Assembly (NCBI GenBank): GCA_045541375.1
Contig: JAZQJB010000144.1
Location: 87,493-151,492, forward strand
Reading direction: 5' to 3'
Length of the DNA stretch: 64,000 nucleotides
Source of the DNA: Eubacteriales bacterium
GTDB lineage: Bacteria; Bacillota; Clostridia; Oscillospirales; CAG-272
Part shown: piece by piece, positions 27,142-37,908 of the stretch
Numbering within the stretch: position 1 is the stretch's first letter
How the letters are laid out: the number at the start of each line of letters is the position of its first letter
Translations under genes and position numbers: made by a program
Notes under the pieces: model-generated
What the model was told of the DNA's origin: nothing
Seen by the model: only the letters and a program-made list of their open reading frames with translations
Database searches by the model: none

Positions 27142-30100
27142 TTAAATAATATCAAACAAAGAAATTTGGTCAGTCTCGCTGAGTCCGTCAAGAATTCCGT
27201 TAGCTCTGAGGGTATCAATAACTCCCTTGTTAGCTTTACCACGCAACTTCAGGTCTTCGACCGAGAAAAAGGGTTCTTCGTCTCGTGCGTTAGTAATGTT
27301 TAGCGCTGCGCTAAGACCGAGGCCGGGGAGAGCTATCATAGGCATTCTGATGTTTCCGTTTTCGGGAAGGAATTCTCTCGCATCGGAATACTTGAGGCTT
27401 ACGGGCAGAAATCTGACACCGCGCAGCATTGCTTCGTGCGCAAATTGAAGAGCTCCGAAGGTATCTTTATCCTTCGCGGTAGCCTCTTTACCCATTTTAT
27501 CAATCTCAAGCATTTTACGGTAAACAGCATCACGTCCTTGAGCAACTATTGTGCCATCGAATCCATCGGGCGCAACGGAGAGAATTGCGCAATAGAAAGC
27601 TACAGGCTGGTGAACCTTATACCAAGCAAGTCGTATTGCTGACATAACGTAAGCCGCTGCGTGTGCCTTAGGGAACATATATTTTATCTTTTTGCAAGAA
27701 GCAATGTACCACTCAGGCACGTTATGCGCAAGCATATCTGCTTCCCATTCAGGCGTCAGACCCTTACCTTTACGAACGCTTTCCATAATCTTAAATGCGG
27801 TAAGGTTTTCCATTCCGTATCTGATAAGGTCAAGCATGATACCGTCACGCGTACCTATAACCTTGGAAATATCACATATTCCGTCTTTAATAAGATCCTG
27901 AGCGTTGCCGAGCCAAACATCGGTTCCGTGAGTAAGACCTGAAATCTGCATAAGGTCGGCAAAGTTTTTAGGTTTAGCATCTACAAGAACGCCCTGAATG
28001 AAGTTTGTACCGAACTCAGGTAGACCTAAAGTTCCAACCATCAAACCGAGCATTTTTGTTTCGTGCTTGTCCCGTTCTTTTTGAGGAATACCAAGAGGCT
28101 CAGTTGATTCGAACAATTCATAAATGCTTCTATCGTTCATGGCAACCTGATCGATCATTATTCCACTATACTTTTCGAGGTATTTATACTTCGTCGGAAT
28201 ATCATGACCAAGCTCGTCAAGCTTCAATATCGTATCGTGCAGATATGAGAACGCAAAGTGAGTTGTAACGATATCTGACTTGGGGTCATCAGCAGGATGC
28301 TGTACCGGCGTAAAATCGTATACATCTCTATCTCTGGGAACAACTATGATACCGCCAGGATGCTGTCCCGTGGTTCGCTTAACGCCAACACATCCGTTGA
28401 TTATTCTGTCAACCTCCGCACGGCAAAGTTGCTGTCCCTTGCCCTCAAAATACTTCATAACGAAACCGAAAGCGGTTTTGTCAGCCAAAGTACCGATAGT
28501 ACCCGCTTTAAAAACGTTTTCCGCGCCAAAAAGTTCTTCGGTGAACTTGTGAACTTTTCCCTGTACTTCACCTGAAAAATTTAAGTCGATATCGGGTGAC
28601 TTATCGCCCTTGAATCCAAGGAAAGTCTCAAAGGGGATGTCCTGTCCGTCCTGTTCGAGAGGATTTCCGCAAACAGGACAAATCTTTGAAGGCATGTCAA
28701 ATCCCGAACCTGCTCCTGTCGGATTTGAGAAATCGTTATACTGACACTTTTTACAGTAATAATGAGGCGGGAGAGGGTTGACTTCGGAAATTCCCGCCAT
28801 AGTAGCAACGAAAGAAGAGCCAACAGATCCACGTGATCCAACAAGGTAGCCTTGGCTTTCACTGTAATGAACAAGTCTTTCTGCAATTACGTAAAGAACT
28901 GCATATCCGTTAGAAATGATTGAATTCAATTCTACTTCGAGTCTGTTCTTTACAAGGTCGGGAAGATTCTCGCCATACATAGATCTTGCTCTTGTCCAAC
29001 ACTTTTCGCGAAGCTCTTCTTCCGCACCTTCAAGATGAGGAGGATATGAGCCGGCAGGAATAGGACGAATCTGCTCGATAGAATCTGCTATATCATTTGT
29101 GTTCTTAACAACAATTTCAAAAGCCTTCTCTTCGCCAAGATATGCGAACTCATCGAGCATTTCGTCAGTAGTTCTCATATAGATCGGCGTGGGTTTATCA
29201 GCATCCTTAAATTTCAGACCTGCCAAAAGAATTCTTCTGTATAGCTCATCTTCAGGATTAATGAAATGTGCATCTGAAGTTGCGACAACAGGTTTATCAA
29301 GTTTTTCACCAAGAGCAACGATTCTTCTGTTGATATCCCTCAAGGCTTCTTCGTTGGGAAGCTCTCCCTCCGCAACGAGATACTTGTCGTTACCGATGGG
29401 TTGAACTTCGAGGTAATCATAGTAAGAAGCAATTTCTTCTATCTCTGCATCGCTTCGGTTGTCTAGGATTGCACTATACAATTCTCCCGCAGAACAACCA
29501 GAACCGATAATCAGTCCTTCACGGAATTTATCAAGCTGAGATTTGGGGATTCTGGGGGTTCTGTGATAGTAATTGAGATATCCCATTGAGATCAATCTGT
29601 AAAGATTCTTCAAGCCTACAAGGTTCTTTACAAGAATGATCATATGATATGTCTTTAGCTTCAGCGGGTCCGCGTTAATTTGAATGTCCTTGATCAGTGC
29701 GGCAAATTCACGGATATCGAATTGCTGCATCTTTTTTACCATAGAAAAGTAGATCATTGTCAGCATCTCTGCATCATCTACTGCTCTGTGGTGATTAAAG
29801 TTACCAAGTCCATAATATTTTGCGAGCACGTCGAGCTTGTGCGACTTAAGATCTGTGTTCAAAAAGCGCGACAATCCGACTGTATCAAGATATGGAGAGT
29901 CAAATTTAATACCAAGCTTGTTTGCCGCAGCACGAACAAAACCAACGTCAAAGTCCGCATTATGTGCGACAAGAAGTGCCTTGCCGCAGAATTCAAGGAA
30001 TTCAGGGAGAACTTCACCGATCTTTCTGGCGTCTTTAACGTCTTCATTGGTTATTGATGTGAGCTCGGTTATTTCAGCTGATATTTTAGAATCGGGTTTG

Positions 30101-31629
30101 ACAAACGTAGAATATCGATCAACGATTTCGCCATTAGCAACCTTTACCGCACCAATTTCAATGATCTCGCACGTAGCTGATGACAGACCCGTAGTTTCAA
30201 GGTCAAAAATGACGAGATTATCATCAATGAGACCGTTATACTTTCCATATAGAGGACTTGCGCTGTCGTTTACAAAGTATGCTTCAAGTCCGTAAATGAC
30301 TTTAAACCGCTCTTCGCCTTCCTCAGGCTTCGTGAAATTATACATTTTATCGAGCGCTATCATTGCTTCAGGGAAACCTTGAACGTTGCCGTGGTCAGTG
30401 ATAGCGATTGCTTTATGTCCCCATCCGGCAGCTGTCTTTACAGCAACATCAGAAGGTATAAGAGCATCCATTGCCGACATATTAGTGTGAAGATGAAGTT
30501 CCACTCGTTTTTGTGGAGCTTGATCTGTGCGCTTATGTTTTGAAATCGAAGAAACGGCATCGGGAGTAAGTAAAAGATCACCGGATTTATAATCCTTCTT
30601 GACAGTACCTACTACAGCAATGCACATACCGTTAGAAACAGCGCTCGCCAAGCCCTTGCATTCTTCCTCATCATCGCCTTCAAACTTAACTTGAATTGAT
30701 GCGTTTCCATCGAATACTCCAAAAGCAAAATACCACTTTTTGTTTCCGAACTTTGCCTGTTCGAGTATGCAACCGGATACTGTGCCAATTACACAAACTT
30801 CCCCGCCGGGGTGCCTGATAGTCGAAATTGAAACAGGCATTACAGCAAATTCTTCATCCCCCCATTTGAGTTCCGGAGAAGATATATCAAAAACAGCTCT
30901 ACCAATCGTACAAGTACCATCTTCAACGATAGCCATACAATCTTCGTCATAAGCAGACCATATACGATTAAGTTGGACTTCTGGCGCGGATTTTTCATCC
31001 TTTTCTGTTTTGTTTTCCGATTTATCGTTTTTGCCATTTGATTCAGATCTCGCGTGATTTTCGTATTCTTTGAGTGACTGGCGGCATTGATTGTTCAGTT
31101 CCTCGATAAACTGCTTGTGTTCTTCAGTTTCAAAGTAAGGAACGTAATCATCCATTTCTTTGATTACCACAGACATTTTGATAGAAAACTCATTGAAAAT
31201 AATATCTTCAATAGTTCTTTGCACTTTACCGGCAGTCAAAAAGTCTATACCGTTTGAATTAAACGGTATAGAGAACTCCAAACAGTCGCTTTTAAGGGTA
31301 TAATCACAACCAATAAAAAATCCTTTTGTGATCTCGCCTATTTTTTCAGTTTCAACAATTATCTGCGGTATGTAATCATAAGAAAAGAGTGAGGCGGGAT
31401 ACTTGGGAACAAATCTTACAAGATATTTTCCGTCATAAGCTCGACGAATATCGTCCTCAGCCTCATACAAAAGAGTTTTTGAGACAGTTTTATTTAACGG
31501 AATATCAATTTCAAAAAAATCAGCTCTTCTTTTTGATTTCCTAACCTGATACTCTTTTACAGAGTCAAAGAAAGCGCCGATTTCTTCAGTTGGCGTATAT
31601 TGTTTAAATAGTTCTCTCAGAGTTTTCAT
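27142..31629 (-). CDS. polC: DNA polymerase III alpha subunit, PolC type
   Basis: 1495 aa with a PHP domain, the inserted DEDD exonuclease (FDLETTGLS ... HNADFD ... HRAVDD) and the polymerase core. Confidence 0.97.
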   Translation of the reverse strand: MKTLRELFKQYTPTEEIGAFFDSVKEYQVRKSKRRADFFEIDIPLNKTVSKTLLYEAEDDIRRAYDGKYLVRFVPKYPASLFSYDYIPQIIVETEKIGEITKGFFIGCDYTLKSDCLEFSIPFNSNGIDFLTAGKVQRTIEDIIFNEFSIKMSVVIKEMDDYVPYFETEEHKQFIEELNNQCRQSLKEYENHARSESNGKNDKSENKTEKDEKSAPEVQLNRIWSAYDEDCMAIVEDGTCTIGRAVFDISSPELKWGDEEFAVMPVSISTIRHPGGEVCVIGTVSGCILEQAKFGNKKWYFAFGVFDGNASIQVKFEGDDEEECKGLASAVSNGMCIAVVGTVKKDYKSGDLLLTPDAVSSISKHKRTDQAPQKRVELHLHTNMSAMDALIPSDVAVKTAAGWGHKAIAITDHGNVQGFPEAMIALDKMYNFTKPEEGEERFKVIYGLEAYFVNDSASPLYGKYNGLIDDNLVIFDLETTGLSSATCEIIEIGAVKVANGEIVDRYSTFVKPDSKISAEITELTSITNEDVKDARKIGEVLPEFLEFCGKALLVAHNADFDVGFVRAAANKLGIKFDSPYLDTVGLSRFLNTDLKSHKLDVLAKYYGLGNFNHHRAVDDAEMLTMIYFSMVKKMQQFDIREFAALIKDIQINADPLKLKTYHMIILVKNLVGLKNLYRLISMGYLNYYHRTPRIPKSQLDKFREGLIIGSGCSAGELYSAILDNRSDAEIEEIASYYDYLEVQPIGNDKYLVAEGELPNEEALRDINRRIVALGEKLDKPVVATSDAHFINPEDELYRRILLAGLKFKDADKPTPIYMRTTDEMLDEFAYLGEEKAFEIVVKNTNDIADSIEQIRPIPAGSYPPHLEGAEEELREKCWTRARSMYGENLPDLVKNRLEVELNSIISNGYAVLYVIAERLVHYSESQGYLVGSRGSVGSSFVATMAGISEVNPLPPHYYCKKCQYNDFSNPTGAGSGFDMPSKICPVCGNPLEQDGQDIPFETFLGFKGDKSPDIDLNFSGEVQGKVHKFTEELFGAENVFKAGTIGTLADKTAFGFVMKYFEGKGQQLCRAEVDRIINGCVGVKRTTGQHPGGIIVVPRDRDVYDFTPVQHPADDPKSDIVTTHFAFSYLHDTILKLDELGHDIPTKYKYLEKYSGIMIDQVAMNDRSIYELFESTEPLGIPQKERDKHETKMLGLMVGTLGLPEFGTNFIQGVLVDAKPKNFADLMQISGLTHGTDVWLGNAQDLIKDGICDISKVIGTRDGIMLDLIRYGMENLTAFKIMESVRKGKGLTPEWEADMLAHNVPEWYIASCKKIKYMFPKAHAAAYVMSAIRLAWYKVHQPVAFYCAILSVAPDGFDGTIVAQGRDAVYRKMLEIDKMGKEATAKDKDTFGALQFAHEAMLRGVRFLPVSLKYSDAREFLPENGNIRMPMIALPGLGLSAALNITNARDEEPFFSVEDLKLRGKANKGVIDTLRANGILDGLSETDQISLFDII

Positions 31630-32705
31630 ACTGTTCTACCATATTCGTTTTTGATGTAGTCTATCAAACAGTTGACAATATTATTTTCATCAATCTTATG
31701 GATAATTTGACCTTTTTTGAAAAGAAGCGCCTCGCCGCGACCGCCTGCAATACCTACATCGGCTTCACGTGCTTCTCCGGGGCCGTTGACAACACAACCC
31801 ATTAAAGCGACTTTTATCGGAATATCCGTGAGTTTTTCAGCCTTTGCCGCATCCTCAAATTCTTTGACAAGACCGACCAGATCTATCTTAGTTCTTCCAC
31901 AGGTGGGGCAAGATACAATATCCATTCCTTGATGTCCGTCACATCCAAGCGAGCGCAAAATATCTTTTGCAGCATACACTTCTGCCTCAGGATCTTCTGT
32001 GAGCGAAATGCGAACCGTATCACCAATGCCCAAATGCACTAAGGTTGCGATAGCTTCAGCATTCTTTATAATGCCCATGCGGCTGCTTCCGGCCTCTGTT
32101 ACTCCGATGTGTAACGGATAATTACAGTGCTCTGAAACATATTGACAAGCTGCAATTGCGTTAGGAACAACAGAAGACTTTACAGAAATCACAATATCGT
32201 CAAAGTCATATTTATTCAGTAAGCGAATATGCCCAAGTGCGCTTTCATACAAAGCTTCGGGGGTAGGAGCACCGTATTTTGCGAGAATATCTTTTTCCAA
32301 AGAGCCGCCATTGACACCGATTCTGATAGGTATTTTCTTCGCAGAACATGCTTTTGCGACTGCAGCTACGCGGGATTCATCACCGATGTTTCCGGGATTG
32401 ATACGTATCTTATCAACTCCGCACTCAACAGATCTGAGTGCAATCTTATAGTCAAAATGTATGTCTGCAACTATCGGAATATCAGGGCGTCTCTCCTTAA
32501 TATATGCAATAGTATCAGCAGCCTCAATGGTTGGAATTGCAATACGAACTATATCGCATCCGGCAGAGTGCAATCTGACAACTTGGGAGAATGTCGCCTC
32601 TTTATCAAGCGAATCGGTATTTGTCATTGACTGTATGGAAATTCTTGATTTACCGCCGATATCTATATTGCCAACCTTAACAAGCCTTGTATTTTTACGT
32701 TCCAT
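31626..32705 (-). CDS. ispG: 4-hydroxy-3-methylbut-2-en-1-yl diphosphate synthase
   Basis: 359 aa with the GcpE family pattern (RIAIPT..., CPTCGR, GCVVNGPGE). ATGA overlap with the polC start. Confidence 0.94.
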   Translation of the reverse strand: MERKNTRLVKVGNIDIGGKSRISIQSMTNTDSLDKEATFSQVVRLHSAGCDIVRIAIPTIEAADTIAYIKERRPDIPIVADIHFDYKIALRSVECGVDKIRINPGNIGDESRVAAVAKACSAKKIPIRIGVNGGSLEKDILAKYGAPTPEALYESALGHIRLLNKYDFDDIVISVKSSVVPNAIAACQYVSEHCNYPLHIGVTEAGSSRMGIIKNAEAIATLVHLGIGDTVRISLTEDPEAEVYAAKDILRSLGCDGHQGMDIVSCPTCGRTKIDLVGLVKEFEDAAKAEKLTDIPIKVALMGCVVNGPGEAREADVGIAGGRGEALLFKKGQIIHKIDENNIVNCLIDYIKNEYGRTV

Positions 32706-32721
32706 TTTAACTCCAAAAATA

Positions 32722-33756
32722 TCAGAATAGTTTGAAAATATCCTTAAATGTTATGAGAAGCATAAATGCCATCAAAATCAGAAGCCCTGCAGCATTAATA
32801 TATGCCTCTATCGTTTTGTTGATGGGTTTACGAGTTAATGCCTCCCACCACAAGAACATAAGTCTTCCTCCGTCCAAAGCAGGCAGAGGCAAAAGATTCA
32901 TTACGCCAAGGTTCACAGAAAGCAAGACCCAAAGATAAAGTACGCTCTCCCATCCGCTGGCAATCGCATCGCCAACAAGTTCAGTCATACCAATAGGTCC
33001 GGACACAGCATCAAGTCCGAATCTTCCTCTGATGAGATCGGCAAGGGAATCCCAAACCATTTTTGCTGTTGACCAGGTTCTCCAAAACGTATGGGATATG
33101 ATCGTTCCTAAACTTCTGTCAGTTTCACCTATGCCGTAAAACTGCATATCGAAACTACCCATAATCACTCCGCTCTCCTCAATAGTAGGAAAAACAACGT
33201 CTTCAAGCAGTATCTTTTCGCCATCTCGGATGACGGTCAAATCGAGCGGTTCATATCCTTGATAGGTAATTTCATATACAACTTCATTGCCTGTGTGTGT
33301 GTTTACACCGTTTACCGCCACGATCTTATCATCTATCTGCAGACCGTAATCATCACTTGTAGCATCATCAAGGAAGGCGGCAACTATATTTGTCGCGGGA
33401 ACAGTAAGAGATACCAACACAAACATACCAATAAAACCCACTATAAGATTAGTGAGCGGCCCTGCAAGGACAGTGGTTATCCTACGCCAAACGTTTTTAT
33501 TGCAGAAGGCATTTACATCGTCCGAAGCTTCGTCTTCTCCAGCCATACTGACAAAACCACCTATTGGGAGAGCACGAATGGAGTATCTGATGCCGGATTT
33601 TTTTGAAACCTTAGTCAGTATCTTTGGTCCCATTCCGATAGCAAATTCGTTGACAGTAATCTTATTGAGTCGTGCAATAAGGAAATGTCCGCCTTCGTGA
33701 AGAAAGACCAATACGCTCAATAAAAGAAGCGTTAACAAAAGATATAAAAAGATCAT
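32722..33756 (-). CDS. rseP: RIP (site-2) zinc metalloprotease RseP/YluC-like
   Basis: HEGGH motif in TM1, a PDZ-like middle region, and LNLLPLPALDGG. Confidence 0.9.
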   Translation of the reverse strand: MIFLYLLLTLLLLSVLVFLHEGGHFLIARLNKITVNEFAIGMGPKILTKVSKKSGIRYSIRALPIGGFVSMAGEDEASDDVNAFCNKNVWRRITTVLAGPLTNLIVGFIGMFVLVSLTVPATNIVAAFLDDATSDDYGLQIDDKIVAVNGVNTHTGNEVVYEITYQGYEPLDLTVIRDGEKILLEDVVFPTIEESGVIMGSFDMQFYGIGETDRSLGTIISHTFWRTWSTAKMVWDSLADLIRGRFGLDAVSGPIGMTELVGDAIASGWESVLYLWVLLSVNLGVMNLLPLPALDGGRLMFLWWEALTRKPINKTIEAYINAAGLLILMAFMLLITFKDIFKLF

Positions 33757-33773
33757 TTATAATTACCAAATAT

Positions 33774-34928
33774 TTATTTACGTGAAAGGTATTCGTCAGC
33801 CATATGCGCAGCTGTATCTACACAAGCTAATATCTCATCCAAAGTATTACTATTTGAAGCATGCTTCATTTCTGAACAAATATACTCAATTGTATCAAAA
33901 ATATCAACAAATCTGATTTTTCCCTCAAGGAACCGTGTTACAGCAACTTCATTTGCTGAATGAAGTACAGCTGAAGCCGCGCCACCTAAAGCGAGAGATT
34001 CTCTTGCTAATCTCAACGGAATGAATGTGTCTTCATCCGGTTCGGCAAAAGAAAGCTTAGAGATCTTTGCAAGGTCGAGCTGAGAAATGACCGCCTGATG
34101 TCTCTCTGGAAGCTCAAGGGCGTATTGTACGCAGTGCCTCATATCAGGGACTGATAATTGAGCAATAACCGAATTATCTACGTATTCAACCATAGAATGA
34201 ATAATGCTTTCTCTATGAACAATTACATCGATTTTATCGCCAGGAACGTCAAAAAGATGGGATGCTTCGATAACTTCGAAGCCTTTATTCATTAACGTAG
34301 AGCTGTCAATCGTGATCTTGGCTCCCATTTTCCAGGTGGGATGGTTAAGTGCTTGTTCGCGCGAGATCTCTCCGAGTTCTTCCCTTTTCTTTCCGAAAAA
34401 AGGTCCGCCTGAAGCTGTGATGATCAATCGCTTGATTTCTTCCTTGCTGCCGCATCTCAGACATTGTGCTATTGCGCAGTGCTCACTATCAACCGGCGTA
34501 ATCTGCAGTCCGTTTTTCTTAGCAGTGTTCATTACGATCTTACCGGCAATAACAAGCGACTCCTTGTTTGCGAGAGCAAGATTTTTTCCGGATTCGAGAG
34601 TGGCAAGAGTAGGCTTTAATCCCGGGGTGCCTATAATTGAATTAAGTGCGAAATCTGCCTGGGTATCGGTAATCATTTCGCATATTCCGTCAATGCCGGA
34701 ATATATCTTTACTTGAAGATCGCGCGTACGAAGCTTTAATTCGGCTGCCGCAGCTATATTGGTCATAGCCGCACATTTTGCACCGAATTCGCGAATTTGT
34801 TCTTCAACTTTAATAAAATTATTATTTGCACAAAGTGCACGGACATCATAATTTTGTGCCCGTGCAACATCTGCTGCTTGAAGTCCTACAGAACCTGTGG
34901 ATCCAAGCAAAATGATTGATTTTTTCAT
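33774..34928 (-). CDS. dxr: 1-deoxy-D-xylulose 5-phosphate reductoisomerase
   Basis: LGSTGSVG NADPH loop and LANKESLV. Confidence 0.95.
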   Translation of the reverse strand: MKKSIILLGSTGSVGLQAADVARAQNYDVRALCANNNFIKVEEQIREFGAKCAAMTNIAAAAELKLRTRDLQVKIYSGIDGICEMITDTQADFALNSIIGTPGLKPTLATLESGKNLALANKESLVIAGKIVMNTAKKNGLQITPVDSEHCAIAQCLRCGSKEEIKRLIITASGGPFFGKKREELGEISREQALNHPTWKMGAKITIDSSTLMNKGFEVIEASHLFDVPGDKIDVIVHRESIIHSMVEYVDNSVIAQLSVPDMRHCVQYALELPERHQAVISQLDLAKISKLSFAEPDEDTFIPLRLARESLALGGAASAVLHSANEVAVTRFLEGKIRFVDIFDTIEYICSEMKHASNSNTLDEILACVDTAAHMADEYLSRK

Positions 34929-34934
34929 ATTATA

Positions 34935-35768
34935 TCACTCGATAAAAGTAAAAATATTAGTTATCGAAACAAACATCAACAGCACTAATGCAATTGAAAT
35001 CAATGAGTCGAAGCGGTCAAGTATTCCACCGTGCCCCGGCATTAATCTGCCAAAGTCTTTAATATCCGAAGCTCTTTTAACTGCGGAAAATAAGAGATCG
35101 CCGATTACTGCAACAATTGAGCATGCCAAGCCACACAGAGCTATCTTGGTATATGATACAATAGTATAATCCATATATACTTCTAACAGCTTTGCATATA
35201 ACAAGAAAGCTATAACACAGAAGAAGACTCCACCGATTGCGCCTTCAATCGTCTTTTTGGGGCTGACCGAAGGCAAAAGCTTGTGCTTGCCAAACAACAT
35301 TCCGCAAACAAGCGCGCACGAGTCGGTAACCCACGCAGCGATAAATGCAAAAAGCATAACGTGCCAAGCACCGTTAAACTTATCGGCGAGCAAAACCAAT
35401 GAAGTAAAGCCTGCGCAAGCATAGAGAGAAAAGAACCAAGAAGACATCACTTTGCCAAGTTCAGGCTTATTTTTCATAAAAGTATAAACGCTTAAAACGA
35501 GAAATGAGCAAACGAAGACAGTCGGAAAAATTAAACTATAAAACATATCTGATCCACAATATCGCGCCAAGACGGGCAATAGTGATATCAAATACATAGG
35601 TATCGAAAGTGCGACATTTGTATGCAACTTATTACATCTGAGCATTTCATATACAGCTCTGACGCACAAAAACAATGTGAAAACGACAAACAAATGTGTA
35701 GATGAAAAGAATATGCACGGCAGAACGACCAGTAAAAATACAATTGACGATAATGTTCTAACTAACAT
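34935..35768 (-). CDS. cdsA: Phosphatidate cytidylyltransferase
   Basis: Signature SAVKRASDIKDFGRLMPGHGGILDRFDS. Confidence 0.93.
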   Translation of the reverse strand: MLVRTLSSIVFLLVVLPCIFFSSTHLFVVFTLFLCVRAVYEMLRCNKLHTNVALSIPMYLISLLPVLARYCGSDMFYSLIFPTVFVCSFLVLSVYTFMKNKPELGKVMSSWFFSLYACAGFTSLVLLADKFNGAWHVMLFAFIAAWVTDSCALVCGMLFGKHKLLPSVSPKKTIEGAIGGVFFCVIAFLLYAKLLEVYMDYTIVSYTKIALCGLACSIVAVIGDLLFSAVKRASDIKDFGRLMPGHGGILDRFDSLISIALVLLMFVSITNIFTFIE

Positions 35769-35771
35769 AGT

Positions 35772-36470
35772 CTAAACCTTTCCATATCTCCTCTGACGGG
35801 AGTAAAACTCTTCGACAGCTTTATCAATATCCTTTGAGCTCATATCCGGCCAAAGAGTATCGGTGAAATAAAACTCTGAATAAGCGGATTGCCACATCAA
35901 AAAGTTTGAAAGCCGCATCTCACCTGCGGTTCGCACGATCAAGTCCGGATCGGGAATTCCTGCAGTATACAACTCAGAAGCAATATCTTCAGAAGTAATA
36001 CCAGTCTTCCCTTTCAGAACCAAATTGTTGAATGCGTGAACAATTTCATCTTTACCACCATAATTAAGCGCAATTGACAATACCAATGAATTGTTTTTTG
36101 TCATTTCTTCAAGATGGCGTGCTTTGTCTGCGATAGAAGATTCAATCTTACTCAAATCGCCTATGAAGCGCAATTTGATATTGTATTCTTTTGCAGACTT
36201 TTCGCATTCGTCAAGGTAGGAATCGAGAAGTTTCATAATTGATTGCACTTCTTTTTCAGGCCTTGACCAATTTTCCGTCGAAAAAGCATACACCGTGACA
36301 TATTTGATTCCTATGTCACCGCAGTATTTAACTACTTTGCGAAAGGCTTCAGCACCGTAACGGTGACCGAAACGCCTCGGCATTCCGCGACGCTCAGCCC
36401 ATCTGCCATTGCCATCCATTATGAAAGCAATGTGCTGAAGCCTTTCATCAACTTTATAACTATTATTCAT
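35772..36470 (-). CDS. uppS: Isoprenyl transferase (undecaprenyl diphosphate synthase)
   Basis: HIAFIMDGNGRWA and the RLSNFLMWQ motif. Confidence 0.95.
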   Translation of the reverse strand: MNNSYKVDERLQHIAFIMDGNGRWAERRGMPRRFGHRYGAEAFRKVVKYCGDIGIKYVTVYAFSTENWSRPEKEVQSIMKLLDSYLDECEKSAKEYNIKLRFIGDLSKIESSIADKARHLEEMTKNNSLVLSIALNYGGKDEIVHAFNNLVLKGKTGITSEDIASELYTAGIPDPDLIVRTAGEMRLSNFLMWQSAYSEFYFTDTLWPDMSSKDIDKAVEEFYSRQRRYGKV

Positions 36471-36475
36471 AGTAA

Positions 36476-37030
36476 TTAAAGCGACATAACTTCCTTTGTC
36501 TTCTTAGCGGTAACGTCGTCAACGATCTTGATGTACTTATCGGTAAGATCCTGAACCGACTTTTCGGAAGCCTTCTGCTCGTCCTCGGTCATCTCGCCGT
36601 CCTTCTTCATCTTCTTGCACTTGTCAATGGCATCACGACGAATATTTCTGACAGCTACCTTTGCATTCTCGCCTTCCTTCTGAACCTGCTTTACAAGCTC
36701 CTTACGGCGCTCTTCGGTGGGCTGAGGGAACACGAGTCTGATGACACGACCGTCGTTTGCGGGAGTGATACCGATATCGGAAGCAAGAATGGCTTTTTCC
36801 ATTGCCTTGAGGGTGGACATATCATAGGGAGTAATGGTTACCGTCTTGGAGTCGGTAGCCTTAACGTCGGCCATTGTGTTGATGGGAGTAGGAGCTCCGT
36901 AATACTCAAAACTAATTCCGTTTACAAGCATAGGGTTAGCTCTGCCTGCTCTGATAAGGGAAAGTGCGTTTTCATAGGAGTCAATAGACTTCTTCATTTT
37001 TTCTTCGTAAGATTTGCAATCGAGTTTCAT
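36476..37030 (-). CDS. frr: Ribosome recycling factor
   Basis: 184 aa with the typical RRF sequence (RAGRANPMLV..., VRNIRRDA). Confidence 0.96.
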   Translation of the reverse strand: MKLDCKSYEEKMKKSIDSYENALSLIRAGRANPMLVNGISFEYYGAPTPINTMADVKATDSKTVTITPYDMSTLKAMEKAILASDIGITPANDGRVIRLVFPQPTEERRKELVKQVQKEGENAKVAVRNIRRDAIDKCKKMKKDGEMTEDEQKASEKSVQDLTDKYIKIVDDVTAKKTKEVMSL

Positions 37031-37062
37031 TTTGTAGATCCTCCGTTTTTATGTATAATTAT

Positions 37063-37770
37063 TTATTTTACAATTTTAGTGCCGCGAGATTCGCCGCGGA
37101 TAGCTTTTACGATATCAGCAGTATCGGAAAGCTGGAATGCAAATGCATCGGGTCCGAATTCGGATCCGAGCGCAGACGCTGCAAGGTCGATGCCCTTAAG
37201 ATTTCTGGAAATCATCTCGGAATAACTTATCTCCTCGAAGAATACTGCGTTACTGTCCTTCTTGGGATCTCTGTCGTAAATACCGTCAATGTTCTTTGCA
37301 AGAAGGAAAACGTCGGCATTAATCTCGTTAGCCCTGAGAATTCCGGCTGTATCGGTCGAGAAATAAGGATTACCCGTTCCGCCGGCGAAGAATACAATGT
37401 TACCTGCTGTCAAAGCTTCACGAGCGGAATCTGCGGAATATCTTTTAGCATAAGGCTCCATAAACGTTGATGTCAAAACAAGCGCTTTGCCGCCTGCTCT
37501 GATTACTGCATCTTTAGCAGCAAGAGCATTAATAATGGTACCAAGCATACCCATGCTGTCAGCAGTAGAGCGATCCATATCACCGCTGCTTCTTCCGCGC
37601 CAGATATTTCCCGCGCCAATTATTACACCGATCTCCACGCCATCGTTAGCTAAAGAAACAAGAGTGCGCGCTATTTCATCGAGAAAATCGAAATTGATTA
37701 TTGAACCCTCGCCGGAGATTGCTTCTCCGGAAAGCTTGAGCAAAACTCGCTTATACTTGTAGTCGGGCAT
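37063..37770 (-). CDS. pyrH: UMP kinase
   Basis: YKRVLLKLSGEA N-terminus. Start set at the ATG at 37770 (MPDYKYKR). Confidence 0.95.
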   Translation of the reverse strand: MPDYKYKRVLLKLSGEAISGEGSIINFDFLDEIARTLVSLANDGVEIGVIIGAGNIWRGRSSGDMDRSTADSMGMLGTIINALAAKDAVIRAGGKALVLTSTFMEPYAKRYSADSAREALTAGNIVFFAGGTGNPYFSTDTAGILRANEINADVFLLAKNIDGIYDRDPKKDSNAVFFEEISYSEMISRNLKGIDLAASALGSEFGPDAFAFQLSDTADIVKAIRGESRGTKIVK

Positions 37771-37802
37771 TTGAAAAACCTCACATATTAGCAATATATA
37801 TT

Positions 37803-37831
37803 ATTGTATCTTATTTTATTCGATTTGTAAA
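37803..37831 (-). promoter_or_regulatory. Candidate internal sigma-A promoter for pyrH-frr...
   Basis: Minus strand: TTTACA, 17-nt spacer, TACAAT. It lies between the tsf terminator and pyrH. Confidence 0.45.
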
Positions 37832-37861
37832 TAGATTTTTGTAAATTTATCTGTAAAAGAG

Positions 37862-37901
37862 TAAAAAAATTTCCCGCTTGCATGAAAAATGCAAGCGGGA
37901 A
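37862..37901 (-). terminator. Intrinsic terminator after tsf
   Basis: Minus strand: TTCCCGCTTGCAT-TTTTC-ATGCAAGCGGGAA followed by ATTTTTTT. Confidence 0.85.
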
Positions 37902-37908
37902 TACAAAA